This document shows positions 1 to 7,751 of a DNA stretch of 39,123 bases, in pieces. The translations under genes and the position numbers were made by a program. The stretch is taken from IMG/VR virus record IMGVR_UViG_3300034069_001319, positions 1-39,123 of that record; one strand, written 5' to 3'. How positions within the stretch are numbered: the stretch's first letter is position 1; every line of letters starts with the position of its first letter. The DNA comes from a virus. The notes under the pieces were generated by a model, which had not been told where the DNA came from, ran no database searches, and saw only the letters and a list, made by a program, of their open reading frames with translations.

Positions 1-141
1 AAGGCTGGTACCGTTTAAAAGAGATGCCGGCCAAATGGTTGATAAGGCAATACTTACAGTTTGTCCGGCCCAAGTTTGCATAAAACGACTTGGAATATTT
101 GCGGTTAGATAGCATAAATTCCCATTCGCAGGCGCTGATGA
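1..141. repeat. Terminal overlap copy 1 (identical to 38983..39123); circular closure of the contig
   Basis: Compared base by base: nt 1-141 (aaggctggtaccgtttaaaagag...ggcgctgatga) equal nt 38983-39123 exactly. The overlap runs in frame through a minus-strand ORF. Confidence 0.95.
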
Positions 142-405
142 TGTTGTCGCATTCAAATAATACGAACCTGTGAGTGTGCCTGCTACTTGCGAAATAACCC
201 AGGAGCCAGAACTAACCTTAGCTACATAGCCATCAAGGGTGCGCTGGACACCTGCATTAGTAACTGTGTAGGAGGTCGCGCCCTGATTGAAGTTCATACC
301 AGGATTTATCAACCCATTGGGCGGCAGACTGCCACCCCCTGAGCTACCGCTATAGGCGCGCAAAAGCGCGTCATTTTGAAAATTCAACGTATTTGCGCGT
401 GCCAT
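1..405 (-). CDS. N-terminal part of a wrap-around type-B tail-fibre/receptor-binding paralog. It continues in 38260..39123 and is about 376 aa on the circle.
   Basis: My translation from ATG at 405 gives MARANTLNFQNDALLRAYSGSSGGGSLPPNGLINPGMNFNQGATSYT... with no stop down to nt 1. It is in frame with ORF 38260..39063 through the 141-bp overlap. A GGGGA Shine-Dalgarno-like sequence lies about 8 nt upstream. Confidence 0.8.
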   Translation of the reverse strand, partial: MARANTLNFQNDALLRAYSGSSGGGSLPPNGLINPGMNFNQGATSYTVTNAGVQRTLDGYVAKVSSGSWVISQVAGTLTGSYYLNATTSSAPANGNLCYLTANIPSRFMQTWAGQTVSIALSTIWPASLLNGTSL

Positions 406-420
406 ATTTATTCCCCAATT

Positions 421-948
421 TTAAGTAACATTAAAAGTACCCCAACCGGAAAAAGCCATCCAAGCGGTTGAGCTAATGCCGACAAGATTTATGGAATCGC
501 CTGCTGATTGACTGACAGCATTACCAGCGGCGGCACTGACTTGTGTGCCAACCTGAATGGTGACATTTGAGGGTGCAACAATTGCGTAACCGCCGACAGT
601 TCCGCCAATTTGTATAATTGCGCCAAGTGTGGGTGTGGGAAGCGTGACCGTACTGGTGTTTGTCACCACATACCCGGAACCGCTAACGGCTGTGGTATTG
701 GCGCTGACTGTAGTCCAGGGCATGGCCATAGCTGTGGCTGCAATGTTTAGAGCACCTGAAGCATTGGTTAACTGTATGCCCGCCCCCGCGGTCAAGGTGA
801 CAGCCGTGGGCGCCGCCCCGCTGCCCGTCCCATAAGGGATTTGGTTGGCGCCAAGTGTTAAGCCTGTGGCGTTGGTTGCACTGGTTGCCAATAAAAGTTG
901 GTTTGCCGTTTGGTTAAACGTTTGACCACTCGGGTTAGTTTTTGCCAT
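421..948 (-). CDS. Small fibre-like protein carrying the type-A C-terminal tip domain (175 aa)
   Basis: Gly/Thr/Ala-rich beta-type sequence. The C-terminus (TLPTPTLGAIIQIGG...GDSINLVG...WGTFNVT) aligns with the C-termini of the 2111..2683 and 2709..4316 products. An AAGGAA RBS precedes the ATG. Confidence 0.7.
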   Translation of the reverse strand: MAKTNPSGQTFNQTANQLLLATSATNATGLTLGANQIPYGTGSGAAPTAVTLTAGAGIQLTNASGALNIAATAMAMPWTTVSANTTAVSGSGYVVTNTSTVTLPTPTLGAIIQIGGTVGGYAIVAPSNVTIQVGTQVSAAAGNAVSQSAGDSINLVGISSTAWMAFSGWGTFNVT

Positions 949-957
949 ATTCGTTCC

Positions 958-2061
958 TTAAATAACTGCGCTAAGGGTTAAATGGGCCATAAAGCCCCCG
1001 TTTGCGGCGGATATAGCCCCGCCAGAGGCATTTATCAAATTACAAGATTTTTGAGAAATGTTAGTAATCGTGCCTGAGTTAGCACTTAAATCAGTGCCGC
1101 TGGCATTAGACACGCGCCCACTTGCCCCATTAACCGAAATGCAAGCGACTTGAGGCGTGCTAAACATTTGTTCAAATTCATAAGTGCCGTAGTAATAACC
1201 GTTAGGCAACGCGCCGCCTATAAGTCCTGCTGCATAAGCGCTTGGAAATAGGACTGCCCCCACATTAGTAGTAGTCCCGGGACGCACCGAGTAGGCATAG
1301 GTTTTGCGGTAATAGAATTGGCAGCCATAAAGCTGATACCAAAAAGGCAAGCGCACAAATGCCGTTGGATTAGGGCTTATCTCTAGTTGTGATTGTGAAA
1401 AGCTAAACACATCATTTTGGCCAGGCGTAGCGCTTAGAGGCGTCCATGAGATTTCAAATGATAATTGCGTTGTGTTGGCAGGCGTTAAGCTTGAGATAGC
1501 GGTAATCAATTGTGCGTTGAGACTTGTAGTTGCCGTGGGTGTGAACGTTTTTGTGATAATAGCGGTTTGACCGGTGAAAGGGGTCGTTGTGTTGACGTTA
1601 TTGATATCAGTGGTGCCCGTACCTGCATAAACCGTTAAGGTCACGCCATTCATGCTTGAGAAGTTGCTACCAATGAAACAGCGCAGTTGCGCACTTAAGG
1701 TTTGGCTGTAAGAACCACGACAGTCCCACATAGTAATAGTTTGGCCAACTTTGATCAAACCTGTGCCGCTCGTGCGTTGTATGCTGAGATAAAAAGAATT
1801 GGCAATTGTGCCCACGGTTTGACTCACGGTCACATTGCATTGCGTGTAGATGTACCACTGGTCCAGTGTGTAGCTGCCAACAGGTGCGCTTGTCGTTCCG
1901 GCAAGTGTGTAAGGGCCTACCCGCTGGTCAATGGCTTTTGATCCATTGGTGAGTAAACTATGCCCATAGAGCCTACCTGGAACCATTTGCACGGTGTCCG
2001 AGACCGTTGAATCCCCAAGGCTTGCGGGTAATTTTTCATTGGTGGCGCAGGTAATGGTCAT
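958..2061 (-). CDS. Type-B tail-fibre/receptor-binding paralog (367 aa)
   Basis: Shares the N-proximal motif (LLTNGSKAIDQR), the central motif LYGCQFYYRKTYAYSVRPGT and the C-terminal HLTLSAVI with the 36910..38070 and wrap-around products. It lies in the tail-fibre cluster. Confidence 0.7.
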   Translation of the reverse strand: MTITCATNEKLPASLGDSTVSDTVQMVPGRLYGHSLLTNGSKAIDQRVGPYTLAGTTSAPVGSYTLDQWYIYTQCNVTVSQTVGTIANSFYLSIQRTSGTGLIKVGQTITMWDCRGSYSQTLSAQLRCFIGSNFSSMNGVTLTVYAGTGTTDINNVNTTTPFTGQTAIITKTFTPTATTSLNAQLITAISSLTPANTTQLSFEISWTPLSATPGQNDVFSFSQSQLEISPNPTAFVRLPFWYQLYGCQFYYRKTYAYSVRPGTTTNVGAVLFPSAYAAGLIGGALPNGYYYGTYEFEQMFSTPQVACISVNGASGRVSNASGTDLSANSGTITNISQKSCNLINASGGAISAANGGFMAHLTLSAVI

Positions 2062-2072
2062 GAATCATCCAT

Positions 2073-2098
2073 GAAAAAAGAGGTGAGTTAGACTCACC
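2073..2098 (-). terminator. Rho-independent terminator inside the tail-fibre cluster
   Basis: Minus-sense RNA reads GGUGAGU-cua-ACUCACC followed by UCUUUUUUC. That is a 7-bp stem (2082-2088 with 2092-2098), a tight 3-nt loop and a U-tract from the plus-strand A6 at 2074-2079. Confidence 0.6.
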
Positions 2099-2110
2099 CC
2101 AAAGCGAACT

Positions 2111-2683
2111 TTAGACAATGTCGAAATTACCGGTTGAGCTTTTGACTGAAAAAGTGTTGGTTCCCACACAATAAATATAGGCTGAATCTGAGGGCAGTTT
2201 ACTGGTTACAGTCCCCCCTGCAGCGGTTGAAGTGTCGCCTAGGAAGATGACTTGACCTGCGGCCGCTTGGATTACAAAAGGTGCACCTAGAGGTCCTGAG
2301 CCAATGATTTCATAGGGGTCGCCTGCAACCGCGTTAGATGGGAGCGTAAAAGTAAGCGAGGTTGTCCCGGTGGCAATATACGAGTTTTTTTTGACCATGG
2401 TGGTGTTGGAGCTTGCGGTGTTTGAGGTCATGCCGGGTGTGGGGGGCGTTGGCCCATTAATGAGGGTTTTGCCGGGTGTGGTGCTTGAGTCAACCGTAAT
2501 GCCATTAGCCCCGCCTACAATGGTCCAGGCTGTGGGGGCGCTTGCATTACCACCGGTAACGTTACCACCCAAATATTGACCTTGACCAAGCAAAACGGTG
2601 TCAATTTCTTTGGTGGAGCCTGCGTATGCTGCGCCAAAAGGCGACAAATGTTGGATAAAATTCGAGGCGTTATTTAAGGCCAT
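2111..2683 (-). CDS. Small fibre-like protein carrying the type-A C-terminal tip domain (190 aa)
   Basis: The C-terminus (TLPSNAVAGDPYEIIGSGPLG...VIFLGDTSTAAGG...GNFDIV) aligns with the other two type-A tips. Composition is Gly/Thr-rich. Confidence 0.7.
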   Translation of the reverse strand: MALNNASNFIQHLSPFGAAYAGSTKEIDTVLLGQGQYLGGNVTGGNASAPTAWTIVGGANGITVDSSTTPGKTLINGPTPPTPGMTSNTASSNTTMVKKNSYIATGTTSLTFTLPSNAVAGDPYEIIGSGPLGAPFVIQAAAGQVIFLGDTSTAAGGTVTSKLPSDSAYIYCVGTNTFSVKSSTGNFDIV

Positions 2684-2708
2684 ACATCAAACTCCCTTTC
2701 GATGAAAT

Positions 2709-4316
2709 TTAAGTTAAATCAATGTTACCCATGGCGGTTCTCGCCACAAAATCAGTTGGAAATGAATTGCTATCTACAGCGGTTACACTTAGGCCTAAGC
2801 AGTCGTTTTGCGTGGTCGAGGTGGCAGCCCCATTAATCCCGCGTGTGGTGTCTGTGCCTAGGAAGTGGATTTGCTGATTTGCATTTTGTGCAACCATCCA
2901 TCCAAGGGGATTATTGTAGCCTACAATCTCTAAAGTGTCCCCTAAAATTGCGTGCGTGGGCAGTGTCATAACGGTGACACCATTCGCATTGTTATAGGTG
3001 GTGTAAATACGCCCTGGTTGCAGTTGTGTATTTTGTGAGACGGGGGTTGTATTGCCTGCGCCATTGTTAATAATTTGCGGATAATGAATTTGCACATTAC
3101 CAGAGGTCAGCGAGTCGCAATCAATTACAGGCGTGATGTAATGGCCGCTTACGCTCGGGGCTGTGGGCGTCAAGAGACCAGGCGTTGTTTCTGATAAATA
3201 CAATTGACCAAGGCCTGTAAATTGCCCGCCCGTGGTGTAACCACTGGTGACCATATAGAAATTGTTGGCATCAACAACTTCCACGCACACGCCTTGTGCG
3301 CTTGCTTGTTCTAGGGTGCCGGCAGCAGTAGCCAGGGCGTACATTTTTGTAGCACTTACAAAGCACAAGGCTTGATCTTGCACAAACCCATGATTGGCTT
3401 GGGTTACAAGCCGTGCCACATTGCTGTGGTCTTGCACAATAATTGCATCTGGATTGATTTTGCCGCGCATGGATTGAATAAATCCAGATGTTGAGCTATC
3501 AGCAATGAGCACGGGTTTATTGATTTGCCCAGGCGTAAGATTAGGGGTCAAGCTCATTTGACCCTTTTGGCCCAAGAAATAGGTGCTGCCCGGTATCAAG
3601 TTGTTAAAGCAGGTGGCGCGTCCAATGCTTGAGACGACAAAGTTATCCGCATCAATAACTTGAGTGACGACGCCCACCGATTCAGCGGTGGCTAAACTTG
3701 TGCTATCGGCCAAGATATAGCCTGTGGCTGTTGGGGTAATGTATTGCTCGACTACAAAACCGTGATTTAATTGTTGTATTTGTGCGTTGATGGCGGCATT
3801 TTCCTGATTTAGGAAAATGTCTTGGGGGAGTACCGCGCGAATGCCTGTACCATCTGGGGTAAATTGCAAAACTTTGGATGCGCCTACATCTTGTATCTCG
3901 GTCGAGCGTACTTGTCGGTTTAATTTTGAAAGCTTTATGGAGCGGGCAAGTGTGAAAGCCACATCCTGGAGGGCCATGGTTTGCCGGTCAAAAGCGTGCT
4001 CGGTTTTGGTGGCTGAATAGGGTCCTTGTTGCAGATAGCGGATGGGTTGTAGGGCTTGGGTTTCGCGATCGATATAAAGCGCCCAACCATCATACAAGCT
4101 TGCGGCTCTAGCGCTTAGCGTAATCTGTGAGGGATTGGTGTTGCCTTGTCCTTGCAGGGTGTAATCAAAGCCCAATTGCAAGATAACTTCTTGCCCTGCA
4201 TTGCGTTCCACAAAAACAGAAACATCCTGGGGCTCAATGAAATTAAATTTACAAGGATAAGGGCCTAGGCCTTGCACAACGTAAATGGCATTAGTGATTT
4301 GTGTTTCAACAGTCAT
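2709..4316 (-). CDS. Tail fibre protein (535 aa) with two internal domain repeats and a type-A tip
   Basis: The N-terminus is a typical fibre anchor (YVVQGLGPYPCKFNFIEPQDVSVFV...DYTL...ITL...IDRETQALQP...FDRQTMALQD). Two tandem HGFV-initiated domains of about 100 aa follow. The C-terminus TLPTHAILGDTLEIVG...GNIDLT is the type-A tip. The gene follows the internal core genes directly. Confidence 0.8.
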   Translation of the reverse strand: MTVETQITNAIYVVQGLGPYPCKFNFIEPQDVSVFVERNAGQEVILQLGFDYTLQGQGNTNPSQITLSARAASLYDGWALYIDRETQALQPIRYLQQGPYSATKTEHAFDRQTMALQDVAFTLARSIKLSKLNRQVRSTEIQDVGASKVLQFTPDGTGIRAVLPQDIFLNQENAAINAQIQQLNHGFVVEQYITPTATGYILADSTSLATAESVGVVTQVIDADNFVVSSIGRATCFNNLIPGSTYFLGQKGQMSLTPNLTPGQINKPVLIADSSTSGFIQSMRGKINPDAIIVQDHSNVARLVTQANHGFVQDQALCFVSATKMYALATAAGTLEQASAQGVCVEVVDANNFYMVTSGYTTGGQFTGLGQLYLSETTPGLLTPTAPSVSGHYITPVIDCDSLTSGNVQIHYPQIINNGAGNTTPVSQNTQLQPGRIYTTYNNANGVTVMTLPTHAILGDTLEIVGYNNPLGWMVAQNANQQIHFLGTDTTRGINGAATSTTQNDCLGLSVTAVDSNSFPTDFVARTAMGNIDLT

Positions 4317-4328
4317 AAATAGGTCCCT

Positions 4329-7300
4329 CTATTGTCTTCGAGTCGAACGGTCGGGTGAAGGGGTAGCGCCTGCTTTTTCACTCAAGCCACGTACGGCCTG
4401 CTCCATGATATAACGAAAATACCAAACGCGAACCAAAGGCAGCATGTGAAAAGCGCGTGCCGCGTCATTGGTAGAATAGGGTTTATCTGGATCGTTATAC
4501 GCGCGCGTCACAGCCCTCACGGTTTGCGTGATGTCTTCCAGCAAACCGATGTTAGGGCCTACCAAGGCTGAGATGGGTCCGCGGGATTGATAACGTGTGC
4601 CTTCATCTTTACCCAGCAAGCCACCTGATAAAGCCTCAACCAAGCCCATCTTAGCGCCCATGTTGTAGCCTTCCATAAGAACGCCGGTTAAAGCTGCGCG
4701 GTCTATGGCTTCATAGGATAAATCGCGCCAGTTGTCATGTAAGGGGGCGAAGGGGTCACGCGCCTTGCTGGCGGCGGCATAAGACAGCAAACCAAAACTC
4801 ATGCGATTGACAAGCGTTCCCAAGACGGCGGCATCGCGTCTTTGCAGAAGGGGTATGGTTGTCTTGTTCAAAGCTGCAAATTGGAAGGTACGAATCTTAA
4901 GTAAGGTTTGCCCCAGCTTACGGTGCCCCCAGAAGGGTATGTCACCTTTGGTCGGCTTTATAATGGTTTGTGTCATGTCTTTATGAATGGCGCCCATGAA
5001 ATTTTTTTGCAGCCGCTTGTTGCCCCAATCATGTTTCCAAGGTAGATAGGCGCCCTCATAAATGTCGCCGCCAGCAGTGACATAGTTGTTGATGTAAGCT
5101 GCAAAGTCACGTTTGTCGAAACCCAATTTGGCTAACATTTCACGCCCGTGTGCATCAATTTTCCAGGCGCTTTTAGAAAACAGTCGGTCACCTGCATGCG
5201 CACGTTTGACAAATTCGCGTGCCTCCGGAGTCAGTGCTTTTAAATCAGCACCATTAAGCAAGCCAATGATATTGCGCATGTTGCCCGACATGCTCGTGCG
5301 GCCATAAATCTCTTCAAGTAACCGTCCTTGCAATTGCAAACCGGATAAGCGATGTACATCGTTGCCTGCAAATTTGACAAAGCGCTCAATAGCCGTGCGG
5401 TCGCCATAAAGTTGATGCAAATCATCGCCCAGATTACGGGTAAAGCCTAAAATGGAATCGGTGGCAATGTTCAAATCTTGCCAAAGCCTGGAGTCTAATT
5501 TTGGATCACTTAGGGCTTTCATCATGGGCGCAATGCCATCTTCAAAAAAAGCTTCTAAACCTCGTGTGAACATGACGCGGCCAACATCATCGAGGGCCGC
5601 TAAGGGCGTGCCGCCTAAGAGCCTAGCTGAAGTATAAGCATTCATGACATCAGCCAAACGCCGCCATCCGGGATGGTCAATGGCTTTATCAAATTGCCCG
5701 GTCATTAGCTCAAAAGAATCTTTAATGTAGCGTTGCGCACTCAAGTATTCTTTATCAAGCTTAACGGCCTGTTTGCCCGAGAGATGCGGGCGTAATTTGT
5801 CATATTCTGAACCTAGCTCTTTGTAAATGTTTTCAATCGACCCATAACCTGAAGACTTCAGAAACTCAGCCGTCGTTAAGTAGGGGCTTGTTGACATGTG
5901 GTGTCGGTACGACACTTCAAATGCATCATCTAACCAATAATCTTTGAATAGCTCATCATCAATCATGAACTCGCGCGCTTTGAAAGTCCCAGGCTTAAGG
6001 CTATCGGGGGCATATTTTTGATTAAATGCATGTCCGGTTTCCTGATGTAAATCAATATTCAAATAATTATCTAAAATTTCGGTTGCTTTGCGCGTCAAGC
6101 TATCGGGGTCGAGTTTAGCGAACACATGTTCAGCCGCTTGTGCTTCAAGGTGCGCCGCTTCTTTGATGAGCGCTTGCAATTCCGCAACTTCTGTTGCTTT
6201 TAGTTTAACTTTGTTCGCACCGCTTTTGACACCCAGTTTAGCCAAATAGTCTTGCGCATTTTCGCGTAAGAGACGCGCCTGATGCATCAAATCACTGCCT
6301 GTGCGGTTGTAGACTTTCTCACCACGCTTGATGCGCTCATTGACATCTTCTAAATGATTGACGATGCGCTCAATAGGTCCGGATACACCATCACGCGCAA
6401 GCGTCATGAATCGTTCGACTTGCACTTTCAATCTATTAATGATGCGTGGGGCGTAGGACTCAGCTGTGTGCGTTTTAGGGGCTTTGTCTGCAAAACCGAC
6501 TTCTATTCCGCGTTGAAAATTGCGGTCATAATTTTTGCGTAAATGGCCAGCTGCTGCTTGTACTTCGGGTATGGCATGCTTATCAAGACGTCTGTGGGCA
6601 TCCATTACCAAGCGTCCAAAGTCTTCACGCCCTAAAGGGGTCAAGCCTTCAGATGCAAGCCGTTCGCTGTATTTGATGTGCTCTTCCAGTGCGTCACGCA
6701 AAGCGGTTTTAAGAGGCGCGTTTTCAACTTCTATTAGTGTTTCCAATGCAGCATCGAGGGATTTGCCTTCCAAGTGTAGATTGCTCAAGAAATCGGTGTG
6801 ATAGATTTGTGGTCCGAGCCTTTGTATGGTCTCGAAATTAGAACGCGCGGCTTGTCCCTGGGGTGTCCAATCGAAAAGCGAATTGAATAAGAAGTCTTTT
6901 ACTTTATTTAAAATTCCAGGTTTTTGTTTGAGGTCGCCAACCCTCGCAGGGGCAACCGCTTGTGCGGTGACTGGGTCAAGCGTTCTATCTAAATCGCGAT
7001 AAAGGGCACCTGTTGTTGACTCAGTGTTTGGCACAGGATGCATGGGGCCCATGAAAGGTTGTGCGTGTGGATTGGTAAAGTCGCCCGTGCCCGCATCGAT
7101 GACCGCTTTATTGAAAGCGTCTTTTTGTGCTTTGGTGAGATAGCCCATAAGGCCGCCTAAGATGGCCCCGCCGGCTGCGGCATAAATAGTGTTATTGATG
7201 CTTTCCTGCGTTGAGCGGTCCAGTTGCGTTGCTTGCAAAATGCCTTCTTGTAAGGCTACTGTTGAGCCAATGGCGGTGGCACCGCCCGCGGCGCCTGCCA

Positions 7301-7751
7301 GCGCACGCAAGCTTGAACTTTGTATGGTTTTAAGTGCACTGGTGCTCGCAAAACTGCCCGGGATAAGCCAGGTTGGATCAAGCGAGCCGATAACCGTTGA
7401 GGTCACCAAATCACCTAGGCCAGACGCGCGTTGCAAAATGTCCGCATTCTCAGCTTCGCGCTCTAAGCGTTGTTTTCTTTGATTAATATCATCTACATTG
7501 CGCACACCAATGAATTTCTTGTAATGTTTTTCATAACCGGCTAAATGTTCATCAAGGTTTAACTCTGGGTCCATTTGGCCTGGCATTTGAAAATTCTGCA
7601 CAGCATTGAGGGTGCTGCCGAGAATATTATTGTTTTCCCAAGCGGCACGGATAATTTCGTCCCCTGTTGGGGGTGGGCGTTCATCTTTAAGGCGTGGAAA
7701 AGGGGTCACCGTTGTGAAGCCTAAAACATCCGGGGTTCCTAAAATAGGCAT
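4329..7751 (-). CDS. Large internal virion/ejection protein (T7 gp16-position, 1140 aa)
   Basis: Size and position: it is the last of three consecutive core-type genes after the nozzle gene. It is helical and charged. I could not see a lytic transglycosylase motif. Confidence 0.6.
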   Translation of the reverse strand: MPILGTPDVLGFTTVTPFPRLKDERPPPTGDEIIRAAWENNNILGSTLNAVQNFQMPGQMDPELNLDEHLAGYEKHYKKFIGVRNVDDINQRKQRLEREAENADILQRASGLGDLVTSTVIGSLDPTWLIPGSFASTSALKTIQSSSLRALAGAAGGATAIGSTVALQEGILQATQLDRSTQESINNTIYAAAGGAILGGLMGYLTKAQKDAFNKAVIDAGTGDFTNPHAQPFMGPMHPVPNTESTTGALYRDLDRTLDPVTAQAVAPARVGDLKQKPGILNKVKDFLFNSLFDWTPQGQAARSNFETIQRLGPQIYHTDFLSNLHLEGKSLDAALETLIEVENAPLKTALRDALEEHIKYSERLASEGLTPLGREDFGRLVMDAHRRLDKHAIPEVQAAAGHLRKNYDRNFQRGIEVGFADKAPKTHTAESYAPRIINRLKVQVERFMTLARDGVSGPIERIVNHLEDVNERIKRGEKVYNRTGSDLMHQARLLRENAQDYLAKLGVKSGANKVKLKATEVAELQALIKEAAHLEAQAAEHVFAKLDPDSLTRKATEILDNYLNIDLHQETGHAFNQKYAPDSLKPGTFKAREFMIDDELFKDYWLDDAFEVSYRHHMSTSPYLTTAEFLKSSGYGSIENIYKELGSEYDKLRPHLSGKQAVKLDKEYLSAQRYIKDSFELMTGQFDKAIDHPGWRRLADVMNAYTSARLLGGTPLAALDDVGRVMFTRGLEAFFEDGIAPMMKALSDPKLDSRLWQDLNIATDSILGFTRNLGDDLHQLYGDRTAIERFVKFAGNDVHRLSGLQLQGRLLEEIYGRTSMSGNMRNIIGLLNGADLKALTPEAREFVKRAHAGDRLFSKSAWKIDAHGREMLAKLGFDKRDFAAYINNYVTAGGDIYEGAYLPWKHDWGNKRLQKNFMGAIHKDMTQTIIKPTKGDIPFWGHRKLGQTLLKIRTFQFAALNKTTIPLLQRRDAAVLGTLVNRMSFGLLSYAAASKARDPFAPLHDNWRDLSYEAIDRAALTGVLMEGYNMGAKMGLVEALSGGLLGKDEGTRYQSRGPISALVGPNIGLLEDITQTVRAVTRAYNDPDKPYSTNDAARAFHMLPLVRVWYFRYIMEQAVRGLSEKAGATPSPDRSTRRQ

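Noticed and set aside
421-4316. Diversity-generating retroelement acting on the repeated fibre tip domains
   Set aside because: No reverse-transcriptase-like ORF (no YxDD-type motif in any listed ORF) exists in the closed genome. I saw no near-identical template/variable nucleotide repeat pair. The three tips differ throughout, not only at adenine-coded positions.
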